Of a stretch of 64,000 nucleotides of DNA, positions 22,880 through 34,802 are shown piece by piece. Numbering within the stretch: the stretch's first letter is position 1; every line of letters begins with the position of its first letter. The notes below the pieces were generated by a model. The model did not search any database, was not told the DNA's origin, and saw only the letters and a list, made by a program, of their open reading frames with translations. Origin of the DNA: Gekko japonicus (taxonomy: Eukaryota); contig NW_015159716.1 of NCBI RefSeq assembly GCF_001447785.1, positions 1,192,303-1,256,302 of the forward strand, read 5' to 3'. The position numbers were made by a program, and so were the translations under genes.

Positions 22880-23227
22880 GATTACATTCATCAGGTGCCA
22901 CCACTGAGAAGGCCCTTTCCTAGGGTGCACCTAAGGAAGGCGCCGCAGGCTAATCAGTGCCCACAGTACTGGGGAGGTGAACTATGCCTGGAAATAGACT
23001 GGATGCCGTTGCAGATCTTTTAAGACACATATAACATGAGCACTGTTAGATATACCTGTCAGCACCATGGCTACAGCTTTATGAACCAGAAGTCTGATGG
23101 ACCAAAAAATCTTCAAGGGCAGACCCATGTAGAGTGCATTGCAATAGTCCAGTCTTGAAGCAACCAAGGTATGAATGACTGTGGTTAGAACATTTCTCTC
23201 CAGGAAAGGGTGCAGGTGGTGCACCAA
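22880..23227 (-). mobile_element. L2/CR1-clade LINE ORF2 remnant
   Basis: Translates to TVIHTLVASRLDYCNALYMGLPLK, typical of the L2-type RT C-terminal region. Similar remnants at about 1480-2000, 2320-2720, 8171-8440, 9300-9600 and 23760-23950. Confidence 0.7.
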
Positions 23228-23297
23228 CTGATGCTGCCAGAAGGCACTGTGTGCCTGGGATGGGGGGAATGCAGCTCTCCTTCCTGTGCTAACTTAC

Positions 23298-23372
23298 CAG
23301 ACGTCAGTCCTCTCCTTCTGTGGGACTCAGCAAAAGCAGTTATCCTGGGCCAGCTGATTGCAATCTCCTCCG
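23298..23372 (-). CDS. ZNF-A 75-nt exon (AEEIAISWPRITAFAESHRRRGLTS), at the KRAB-B position
   Basis: Acceptor cccatccacag|CG and donor CTG|gtaagt; phase 1-1; paralogous to 54833-54907 with mostly synonymous differences. Confidence 0.9.
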
Positions 23373-25335
23373 CTGTGGATGGGAGAAGTGGAGGGTGCAA
23401 GTTAGAAAAAAGCTATGAAGACCTGGGCAGTGCATAGTCATTAAAGGGCCACTTTATCTTTTGGGGAAGAAATGTGACATCAAATTAATATGGTTTTACG
23501 CAGAGCTTTGAATGTAAAGCTACTGTTAAGGTAGGCTACCTTTCAGTGACATGGGGATCTCAACTTCTAAGGAGCAAAGGTCACAGAGGACAGTCCTAGA
23601 AGCCAACTGTTTGGTGTTAATGGCTAAGATACATATGAACTCACTACACTTCAGACAACGGAATGGGAGCACTGGCCCCATGGAGAAATGCCATCCGCTC
23701 TGGGATGGCTTTTTTTTGGTCTTGGGGCAGGAACTGACTGCCGTCTTGTGTCAACCAACCTGCCGGCTAAGGTTGTTATCCACGACCTTGTTCCTTATGT
23801 TCCTACCTGCTGAGGTAAAGTTGGGGGAGACCAGAATTGGGGTTTTCTCAGGGATAGTACTTAAGTTGTGGAAAACCCTCCTGCCAGAGATTTAGTTTGA
23901 AGTACAAATCTTAGGTGCCAGCGGAAAACATTTTTCTTTGATCGGGCTTTTCAAACACATGAAGCTGCCTTACATTGAGAGAGAGACCATTGGTCTATCT
24001 AGGTCAGTACTGGCTACTCTGACTGCCAGTGGCTCTCTAGACTCTAAGGTAAAGGTCTTTCACAATAACCTTCTGTCTAATCCTTTTAACTGGAGATGCC
24101 AGGTATTGAACCTGTGACCTTCTGCACCCAAAGCAGATGCCTCTACCGCTGAGCCATGGTAACAATGGTATGCCTATGGACCGGCCTTGCTGAGATGCTG
24201 TTATTGCTGAAGTTATTTAATGACACACTTAACTTCCTGCATGCTGAATTTGCTCTCTGCATTTTTATTCTGTATTTTTACCCTGCTCTTTTATTCATGT
24301 TTTTTTGGTATTGTTTTAGTGTTACTTCGGTGTTCCTTTAATGATTTCATTGTTACCTGGGGATATTTTATAGAGAAGCAGCAAATAACTTAATCCGGAA
24401 GTAAAGCAAACATTAATCGTAAAGCTGGCTTTGTTGGGAATGCAGAGTCAGAGGAGAGATGGAATGTATGTGTGTGATCATTCTGTCTGTTCAAAACATT
24501 ATTGGATAATGTGTTATGTACTGGTGTCTGAACTGTAGTGCCATTCTTGTTTGACTTTTATACAGATACAACATACAAGTGCATATAGAGGGCCCCCTGA
24601 TCTCTCCCGCTTTGTAGGTTCTGCTCCCGAACCTCTTCTATAGATGCAATCACAGGAAACCTTCTTTGTCGCTGGTTCCCATGCCACCAACTCGACAGCC
24701 CCAGATCCTTCTCTTCAGGACAGGCAAAGGGATTTCTTTTGCATCCCTTTTACCCAGTCTCTGCTTCCCCCATCCCGGTTCCAGCTTTTTATCTCTGTCT
24801 TGATCCAGATAGCCCAGGCTACCCCGATCTCATCAGATTTCAGAAGCTAATCAGGGTCAGCCATGGTTAGTATTTGGATAGGAGACCACCAAAGAAGTCC
24901 AGAGGTCATTCCGCAGAGGCAGGCAATGGCAAACCACCTCTGAACGTCTCTTGCTTTGAAGACACTACAGGTTGCCTGAAGTCAGCTGTGAGTTGATGGC
25001 ATTTTCTACCACCAGGTTTTGATCTTGAATAGGACACTGAAGTTTACTTGTTTGTTACGTATCTGTCTCTCTTCTGATATTTCCCTTTTGAACGGGGTTG
25101 TTGTGTCAAACTGGGACTGGTGAAAACCCTAGACTGGACAATCTGCAGTTTTTAAATTGAATTCTACACCTCTAGAGGACACTTCGCGTATGACAGCCTG
25201 ACACGAGGACTGATGATCAATCCCGATTGTTACAAACAAATTCAAGAGAGAAGGATTTATTTGGCATAACCCCCTCTAACCTAAGCCTGTGTTTTTACTA
25301 ATACATTCTGATATCTGGTAAAAAGGCATTCTTAC

Positions 25336-25439
25336 CCAATGAGATCACATTCTCATAGTTCTCTTGCATGATGTCACTCTCTGGGAGATGCAAAAAAGTA
25401 CTTCTGTAGAGTTGCCAACTTGTGAACCACGTGGCAGAA
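25336..25439 (-). CDS. ZNF-A exon with the C-terminal remnant of KRAB-A; probable start ATG at 25369 (MQENYENVISL)
   Basis: Acceptor ctctctccgcag| at 25439 and donor TTGG|gtaaga. MQENYENVISL matches the end of the KRAB-A box. Spliced CDS 34+75+231+1895 nt is in frame (744 aa). Confidence 0.85.
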
Positions 25440-28437
25440 CTGCGGAGAGAGAGGAGTTAAATCTCCTGGAGACCTAGAGGATCCCTTTCTGTGTTGCATG
25501 GGAAGGCAGGAGACTCGGTGGGGTGGCATACCAAAACACCGGGTTCAAAACACAACATTAGAACTTTCCCAAAAACTACTCTGTCAAGTGACTGCCCTGT
25601 CAAGAGAACCTATCCTGTGTAGTACATTTGAGGGTGTGACTTTCATTCTTAGCAATGGGCATATGCTCTCTAGGTACCATAAAAGTGTGGCAAAGCAATC
25701 GGTGCCTTTCCCTCAAAAAGTTTCCATCCCCGATGGACTGCATCTTGTCACAGGCTCAGGATGCTTCCTAACAGAGGTACACCAGGAAAGCCAGCATGAT
25801 GTAGTAGTTTGAGTACAGGTCCAGGTTCGAATCCCCCCTTTCTGCCATGGAGGCTTGCTGGGTGATTTTGGGCCAGTCATACACACTCAGACTGACATAC
25901 CTCACAGGGATGTTGTAAGGATAAAATAGGGAAGGGGAGAATGTTGTAAGCCACTTTGGATCTCTGTTTGGTCCCTAAAAACCTACTCTTCTTCATCTTC
26001 TTCTAATGGGGGGAGGGGGAGAAGTGTAGTGTAGTGGCTACAGGTTAGACTTAGCACACAATCTCTCAGCCTAATCCACCTTGCAGGGCTGTAGTAAGGG
26101 GGGGAGTTGAAACACCTCATATATTCCATTTGAAGAAGGGTAGTATGGGGCAAATGTATTAAATAAATAATGGAAGGAGAAGGACCCATTTGGTAGAACA
26201 GCAGCTTCCTGGTTTTTCTGCAGAATCTAAATGCCATCTGGAAGCTTACACAACGAGAGATTTGGAAATTGAACTTAGAGTGCATTGTTATGGGCCTAGC
26301 CCTTTTCAGAAATTACACCCACTCATGTATTGGGAATAAATGCTCTCCATGATGCTCTCTATACATGCTGTTGCCATTAGGTGGAACAGGGCAATGAACG
26401 TATTTTGCATGCATGTACAGGTTCAGTATGCATGAACCAGAAACCTGGGAAATCCAACCATTGGTTTTTTGTATGCCAAAATATGTACATTGCTCTGTTC
26501 AGATGACTGTGCATAGCGGGAGCATGACAGGTGGTGTGCATCCCCATATGCATGAGGATGTAACATCCAAAGGGGTTGTTTTTTGTTTGTTTGTTTGTTT
26601 TTGTAAAATTCAGTTCTGCCTGCAGGGTGGAAGGGTTTACAATGGGCTTAACTCTCTGACGGGGCATTTAGTCAACATAAAACTGGATAATGTTATCCTA
26701 GAAGTTCCAAGGCACATGGATGCTAAAACAGTTGAACAGCTGCTATTTCTAGAATTCCATTAGGAACATCTAGCATTTGATGTGGTGAAGAGGAGAACTG
26801 CAGACGATAGGGACTGCCCTAGCATCCCCCTCCTGATTTTCAAACAGCATCGACCAAGTTCTCCGTTCCTCTATGTGCCAATACTTCAGACTGATTTCAG
26901 TAAAATGCAGACTTCACTATAACCAAACTATCAGATCAAGGGGGCACAGGCAAGCCCACATAGGTCTACTCCAGAGGAATTGTACTTAGGATGAGAAAGC
27001 CTGAATTCAAGTCCTCCCTCAGTTGTGAAATTTTCTGGGTGACCTTAAGCCAGTAGATCTTTCTCTGCTGAACTCCCTTGGCCAGAGCTCCTTGCACGGA
27101 GGATAAATAAAGGTAAGAATAAAAACCAGTCCTGAACATTCTGTCGCACTCTAGAGTGATAAAGGAACAGAACAGAGAACAGGGCCTTGCAGATGCAAAA
27201 CGGTGGGTCTGTGCAGGAGCTAGTTTGGCTTTTCAGAGGCTTGGGTCACTGCGACCACCAGGGCAGGAAGCAGGAGAATGTAAGCTCAGTTTCTATGGAG
27301 AAAGATAAAAGCATTGCTTGGGGCCACAGTTATGGTAAGAGCCAAAGCACATGACAATCATTCGCAGGGATTCAGTGGTGAAGGGTGAAGTGTGCCTCTC
27401 TGGGATATGCACTGAATACAAACTTTTCTTCCACACATGCCCTGATTCAACAGGGAAAGGAACTGTCCCTTTAATCCAGCACAAACCAAACCTCCTTTCG
27501 CCCTCCAGGTTAAAAAAAAAAGACCCTCACTGATGCTACAAGGACAACAGCACAGCCTTATAAACTGGTCTGTGGTCATCTAAAGTTGTCTCATACACCA
27601 TGGAGGCCGCTACTCACTTTTCTCTGTTGTACCTTGAGCAGAGCCAGCCCCTGCTTGCCTGAGATCCTTTTCTGCCAGAAATGCCAAGGCTACAGGGAAA
27701 GCCTAGGCTCTGTCATTCAACTCACCGCCACTCCCCACATCTCCACCTTCAGGGTTTTGAACTCACATTCCAAAGATCTTGGAAGGGGTTGACAGAAACT
27801 GCATCAGTTTGGCTATCTAAATACTTACAAATGCGCACTCAGCATGTAGCATTTTTGATAATCCATATACAACACTGTCTTTCAGGAATGAGAAACATTT
27901 TTTCCAGCGCCACACAGAAGTATGCACTGAAAAGACGACCCCCAAACCCTCTTTTACCAATCGTTAACACCCCCAAAACTGAATAGCTAAAGGGAGTTAA
28001 TGAGTAATGAATCAGATAAGTGCTGTTGAATATGTGCCCAGAAATTGTATGTGTGCATGCATTTTCCTCAACTCAGTTCCCCGGGGCAGCATATTTCTCA
28101 TGAAAGCAGCAGGTGCCCAGTGGGAAATCTTACCCTAACCAGGTTTGTTATAAAAGCACACAGACACACTCGCCAAGCGCACAAGCAGCAAAGGCAGGTG
28201 CATACATTCCCAATCCCCGACAGCAACTATGAGCACTTTTTCTGTCAGAAAAACAAGAAAAAATGAAGAGTTACGGAGGACAGACAGGAGAAAGCTAGAT
28301 AAAACATTAGAGAAAGAAAAAAGGGGTGGTTACAAAGAAGGGAAGAACAGTATTTATTTTCAGTTTTTAACTTTCTCCCCTCCTCTATTTATTTGTAAGA
28401 AACGACCTAGATCTTTATGTACTCCATGTACAGTTAC

Positions 28438-29200
28438 CTTTATGTACAAAAAATCCCCCCAAATCTGGTTCCCACTGCAGTTTTCTCTCTACTGCACAAA
28501 ACGGGACCAGATCCACGTTGGAATAACCCCTGCCGCTATGGGTACCAAGAAAGTTTTTCGTGCGACGGGTGCTGGAGCGGTGGGAGCAACAAGCAGCCGG
28601 CTCCTATACACGTTTACTTGGAGGTAAGACCCAGTGAATTAATGGGACTCTCAGGTGAGTGTGACCGGGACGGCAGCCTTGGATCCCTCCCTTTCTGCTG
28701 ATTCTTTCGCGGGGTTGGCGGAGTGTTCGCCCTCTCCAGAAATAATGGGTTGTGTTCTTTTATTTACCCTTCTCTTTCAAATCCCTGGAGTTTCCAGCTG
28801 CTCAAGGGTTAATGGCTTGACCCGGGGTTGCCTCCTCCTCCTCCTCACCCCCGGGCGGGGTAGTGCGGGGGGTTCCCAGCCGGATCCAGTCCCCCACCAC
28901 GGCCGGCCGCGGGAAACCCCTGGTGCGGAGCGGCGTCCCCTTGGGGGCATCAGCGGCTGCTCTGTAGGGGGCGGGGGACGCCCGGGTCACTATGGATTCA
29001 GCAGCAGCCTTCTGACCCAGGAAGCTCAACCCCGGATACAGCCGGCAGAAAGAAGCAGGGGAAAGACAGCAAGCCCCCTTTACTGAACAGCCGCAGCCAG
29101 GGCCCTCTGCTGGCTTCCTGGAATTTCCTACTCCATCCATGAAGCATTTCCGGCAGCCGGTAGATAGCCGCGCTGGGCCATCAAAAGTCATCACCCCAAC
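28438..29200. promoter_or_regulatory. CpG-rich island, candidate ZNF-A promoter and first exon
   Basis: Local CpG enrichment and GC boxes (gggggcggggg at about 28966). Minus-strand donor AAAG|gtaact at 28438; plus-strand donor-like sites at about 28623 and 28654. Confidence 0.6.
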
Positions 29201-30033
29201 CAGACAGCGAGCAAGTTTTTGGGTTCTATAGATCTCTTCATCAGGTTGGATTTTGCCCGGGAAGAGGATAAAAAGATGTGTCCAGGCGCTAAGGTTATCA
29301 GTCTCCAGGTGGTGCCTGGAGATCTCCTGGGATTACAACGGATCTCCAGGAGATGGGGATCAGTTTACATGGAGAAAATGGCTGCTTTGGAAGGTGGACG
29401 AGGTGGCATTATAACCCGTTGAAGTCCCTCTCTCCCCAAACCCCGCCCTCCTCAGGCCATAGCCTCAAAATCTCCAGGTATTTCCCAACCCAGAACTGGC
29501 AACCCCGCCAGGCACGTTGGAGAAGTCTTTAGTTTGCAGACTGGCGGTTATATGGGTTTCTCCAGCAAAAATCAATCATGGCATTATATTCAGAGCCAAC
29601 ATGAAGGACGTATAGAGTCTCAGTTACCAGCTATCATTGCTTCTAGGAAACGTGTATTAAGATTGCCAACTGACCAGGAAAACACCAGGTCTGGGCTGCT
29701 CTTGTGACCAATGTTCCCTCTAAGCCGTGGAGTCTTGTGAGCAAAAATTCTACTTTGTGAGCTACTGGCATTAAAGTTGTGAGCGAGCGATTTGGCTGCT
29801 GCATAAATTAGTTTGCTCTGGAGCCCTCCTTCCTGAGCTAAGAAAAAAATGTGTGAGCTGGAGGCTAAAAAACTGAGCTAGCTCACACTAACTCAGCTTA
29901 GAGGGAACACTGCTTGTGACCTAAGTAAGCAATGTTTGCCCATCAAACTGCTTTTAAAAGCACAGCCAAGAGGGCTGGATAAAAAGTTGTAATCAAATAG
30001 GATTGACAAGTTGTTGAAATGCTAAATTTAAGA

Positions 30034-30286
30034 TCATAACAGGATAGGGAAGTATTATTTGCCCTGTTGGGGTAAAGTTAAGGTTACCTCTGCTAAGCAA
30101 ACGGGGGGCCATTTCAGGTCAGAAAAATGGAATGAGGGGGAAGAATCAGCAACCACTTGAGCCACCGCAGCTCATAACAGGATAGGGAACTATTATTTGC
30201 CCTGTTGGGGTAAAGTTAGGGTTACCTCTGCTAAGCAAACAGGGGGCCATTTCAGGTCAGAAAAATTGAATGAGGGGGAAGAATCA
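30034..30286. repeat. Local direct duplication, two units of about 115 bp
   Basis: 30034-30148 and 30172-30286 are nearly identical, with a 23-bp spacer. Confidence 0.92.
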
Positions 30287-30409
30287 ACCCTTACTCAGTG
30301 CCATGGACCCTATCCAAATTGGCCCCTGGCATGCCTCAGATTCAGATTTTTAAAAATCCCTGGGAACTCAAGACGTGCAACTACCAACATGTCCGGCTTG
30401 GCCCTCACA

Positions 30410-30670
30410 GTGTGTGTGTTCTCTGCCATCAAGTTGCTTCTTACCTATGGCGACCCTATGAATTAATGACCTTGAAAACATCCTATCGTTAACAACCTTG
30501 TCCATTTCTTGCAAACTGAGAGGCATGACTTTTCATGATTGAGTCAATCCATCTCATGTTGGGTCTTCCTCCTTTCCTGCTGCCTTCAGCTTTTCCTAGC
30601 ATGATTGTCTTTTCCAGTGAGCCTTGTCTTCTTATGGTGTGACCAAAGGACGATAGCCTCATGTTTTGGT
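30410..30670 (-). mobile_element. RTE-clade LINE 3' end fragment
   Basis: gagtcaatccatctcatgttgggtcttcctcctttcctgctgccttc...tttcctagcatgatt is the reverse complement of a typical RTE ORF end (GSRKGGRPNMRWIDS). Confidence 0.7.
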
Positions 30671-33600
30671 GTACTCCCTGGCTCTGTGTTGTGTATGGGC
30701 TGAAAAAGATTCTGATTTACGTTCTCAGCAACTGGAAGAGATGGCAGAAGATGAAAATGTTCTCTCCGTATTAGCTCTGGCAAAGAGATGCGGATTGGAG
30801 GGATGCTACTTGTACAGAATCAAGAAAGACTTTCCTAGGCAACTATTGATTGATGGAAACCTATGGAAAACAAACCTATCACGAAAAGCCTTCATGGGTC
30901 TACAATGTGGGGAGGGCAGGATATAAGTCAAATGAAATAAATAAAAAATAAAAATTTATTCTGTGTTGCTGATAGAAAAGTACTCTCTGGGATAAGAGAG
31001 GATAGCAGGGGAAGACGTTTTTTGTCCCCCTTGATCTTTTAATTCGTGTAACACAGTCTTATTGCATTGGTCATTGTACATAGTATACTGGGAGGGGGGT
31101 TCTCTTTTATAATTTCACAATCCAGTTTGAGTCTCTACATGAAAGGTGGACAAAAAGTAAATAAACACATTTGGAACTTGTAGGATGGTACCTGGATGGA
31201 GTTACTGCCTTCAGTGTCTAACAGTCTGGGGGCTATACCACTGATGACAAAAAACCACCTGGTCTTTGAGCTCCTTCATAAATGTGCAGTGGGCTACAGT
31301 ACTGGGGTACAAAGTAATACCCAGGCAGGTCTCAGTCCATTTTATTTGACTCACAGAAGATCTAGATCTATGGCACTCTTATTCTTAAACACTACCACCC
31401 ACACCAGAGCCTTTACTCTTAGCCATTACCTTTTTTTGAGAGACAAGTTAAACTTACTTGAGAGACCGAGAGAAAAACAGCCGTAAGCATAAAATGCTTT
31501 TTAATTTTTTTTATTCCCCTAATCTATTTGATTCACAACACACACAAATTCCCGCTCACTTTTGGACACAGCTGGATCAGAAAGATAGCATTCTTTCAGG
31601 ACAGTGACCACCAAATTCCTGATAAACAAACACTGGTGTTATCTTAGGGAGCAACAGACATTACCTCTGACAGGAGTTGGGTCAGGGTTCCTTTAGTTTT
31701 TACAGTGGGGCAAATGCCCTCCCATAGCCATTTCATCTTGAAAAAATGGCATGGAAGGAAACGCCCCTTCTCCTCCTTCACCACCCTCCTGAGCTGAATT
31801 AAGTCCTGGAGCACATGGAAAACAGTCGTTTCCTGACAGTTGGGTTGGAGAAACCTTGACCTGACTCGTGTCTGCGGTAATGTCTAGTTCGGCCTTGAAT
31901 CTCTGGTAACGGCCGCAATTGGAAAGCCATAATTTCTGCATTTTTAAAAATGTTCTTATTCCCAACATCTTTTAGAAGGCTGGACCACTTCCCAGAGATG
32001 GTGGACATCTATCTAGATTTCTAGGCCCATGGGAGAGGCTGTAGAACCAGCTGTTAAGGCGCGGCACTCTGACCCTTGCTACCATCATCCTTCACTCTCA
32101 CTGGCCGTTTTATCCAATGGGGATGGTGGGGAGAGAAGCACTGTGGAAAGATGCTCCCCAGTCAATTGCTGGTTGGCCTGGAAGTGGCTGAGGAGCGTAC
32201 CTTATGGCTGCCAGGTAAGTCTAGAGGGCTACCTCCTTCCTTTGCGCTGACAGTAGCATACTATCAAGACAGACTGGCATGACGTCCAGAAAGAAGGGGC
32301 AGAGGACAGTTTCACCAGATCTCTTCTTGGAAGGAGATAGATGTCCTGGGTTGCTCCTTGGAAAACAGAGGATGTGGTGAAATCACAGCTGGGCCTTTAA
32401 AACTGGGCTTTTACTTCTTTGTTTAGACAATGAAGCACTCAAGTTTGACATGTACAATGCCTGAAACTGGCCTCCAAGTGGATTCTCTACCATGAAAGAA
32501 ACCTCCAGCCACTAGCGCAAACAAGACCTACAAAATTCACCCGGCTCAGGGTACACCAGTAAGAAGGGAAATGTTCAGAAGTGGTCTGGGAAGAATTGGG
32601 CAGGGAGCTGCTGGGGGGAGGGCAAAACATTAATGTCCTGAATGTACAATATGTGAAATCATTGTGTAGATGCCAAAACGTCAAAACATAACAGAAAACA
32701 CCACCTCCTGAATAAAAGGCAGGCCCACGATATCCTGCGAAAGAAGTCTTCATCTTGGGTCATCCCACATAAAGAAGTACCTTCTTGGCTTTGTAGCTGG
32801 ACACTCCCCTTGTTCTGGCTTGGTCCCAGAGAACTGGGGTTCCCAGCTCTGAGGCCCTGAGGGATGGTGGTATTCCTTGCCACAGGCCTTCCAACAGAGC
32901 CAGTTCCTCTTCGTAACAGCCGGGTAGGGAACCTGCTCCAGTAGGTTGGCAGTGTATATGTATATGATTGGCAGTGGGGTCACCAAAAAAGATCCCCAAA
33001 TACCTGTCATAGTTGACTCCCTGTTCCGCATCATATCTGATCCCTTGTTAATACACCGTCCCACTCTACTCTATTTAATCTACCCATCTAATCTACTCAC
33101 CTCACCACAACCCAATCCAAAGCCCATTTCCAAAAGTCCGCTCTCTGACCCAGGGTCCCCCAGAAACATGCCCTCTGGCCCAAAACCATTGCTCAGTCAC
33201 AGCACATGTCCTTTGCTCTTAGAAGGCTCTGGTTCAACCTACAAACTCTCTTGCTGAAGGACACCAGGCAGCAACAGCAGAAATATGTTTGACGCAGTAC
33301 AAGGCATGGATTCAGTTTGCACAAATACATATTCTACATTTGGATTTAATTTGATACTTTTTCTTATAGGCCCACAAGGTGACTAAGCTAATCATACAAT
33401 CAGCATAATCAAGGTTTTCCTGCACTGCTGGGGAGGGGAAGGGAGATTTCACACAGAACAATAACATGCAAGGCAGCAAGAATGAACCTTTCTCTCTGAT
33501 ATGCTTAATTTTTATTTACTGGGAGTATCATCATGGGGGACTATTTAAACACGCAGCCTCCTACTTGTGGCCTGAATTGGTGCAGTCTAGGATGATCTTT

Positions 33601-34587
33601 ACCACTTGATTCTGCTGATTGTATAAACTGGCCCCAAATCTACAGGCTGAAATAATTTTTTATGTTTACAGGCAGTGCTGTCTGCAAAACAAACAAGATC
33701 AATTCTGACATTTATTACCTATGCTATGTCTGCCCCCCCAGTTGGACCCAAACAGATAATAGCCACATATACTAAGCTTATTATTCTTTTAACCTGTTAA
33801 AAACACCTTCATTCTTCTGTATGCTAATTTACTACCCACCCTTTATATGTATCTGAGGAAAGTGTGTGCGCACATGAAAGCTCATACCTTGAATAAAACT
33901 TTGTTGGTCTTAAAGGTGCCACTGGACTCAAACTTTGTTTTGTTGAAATGCAGGTTTCCCTGAAATTACTACAGACTGATGCTGGTGTTTTACATGCAGC
34001 AAAATGAGACTGAAAGGCGGTTGTGTGAGTGGACTGTACCACTCCTCACTATAGATGGTAGATACCATATGTGAATGTTCTCACAAGTTAAAACCCTACT
34101 TGCAAGCAGAGAGCAAGCAGAACAGGGAGAAAGGTTCTAACCCAATTCTGCTTGCTGTGCTGACATTCTACTTGCAGGGATTGTTTTTTCTTTAACTGGA
34201 GGGGCATTATAAAATATGGTCTCACAGTCTGAAGTGGGGGTGTACTCTTCGGCTGTCTACGACTTGTTGCATGAGCAGACAAGGCCTGTGTGTGGTTGCT
34301 TTATGCCGTCTTAATTTGGGGAATGTGTGTTTCACAAATACAGACTGGTTTATCTGGTGTGGCTTCCCCAAGGAACACTGGGAATTCTTGTTCGGCCAAG
34401 GGGCTGGGTACTATAGGGGATTTCTCAGCACCTTCACAACATGGCAGTTATTGGCCAGATAAACGAGTTTGAAGCCAAGTATCCTACTGAAACATAGAAC
34501 AGCCTTCTGGTCCAGCATGGAATACATGTAAATCTTGATACAGGTGGGGCAAATATCAGGTTAGTATGAACACAGTATCAGGTTAGT

Positions 34588-34641
34588 ATGGGGTCGCGAA
34601 GAGTCGGACTCGACTGTGCGACTGAACAACAACAACAACAA
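34588..34641 (+). mobile_element. Very short BovB-type 3' end insertion with (CAA)n tail
   Basis: atggggtcgcgaagagtcggactcgactgtgcgactgaacaacaac; TSD atgaacacag at 34566-34575 and 34642-34651. Confidence 0.85.
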
Positions 34642-34662
34642 ATGAACACAGGCCCAGATTTA

Positions 34663-34802
34663 GGCTGCGGTCACACAAACAAAATAATCAACTTTCAGTC
34701 CACTTTCAAACTGGATTCTGCCAGTTCACACAGTAAAATCCAGTTGGAAAGTGCACTGAAAGTGAATTGGAAGTGGATTATTTCGTGTGTGTGACCACAG
34801 CC
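34663..34802. mobile_element. Palindromic PIF/Harbinger-like MITE
   Basis: TIR ggctgcggtcacaca / tgtgtgaccacagcc; 3-bp TSD TTA. Confidence 0.8.

Noticed and set aside
32480-33260. Several overlapping 75-105 aa ORFs
   Set aside because: No homology I can recognise and no consistent exon boundaries.
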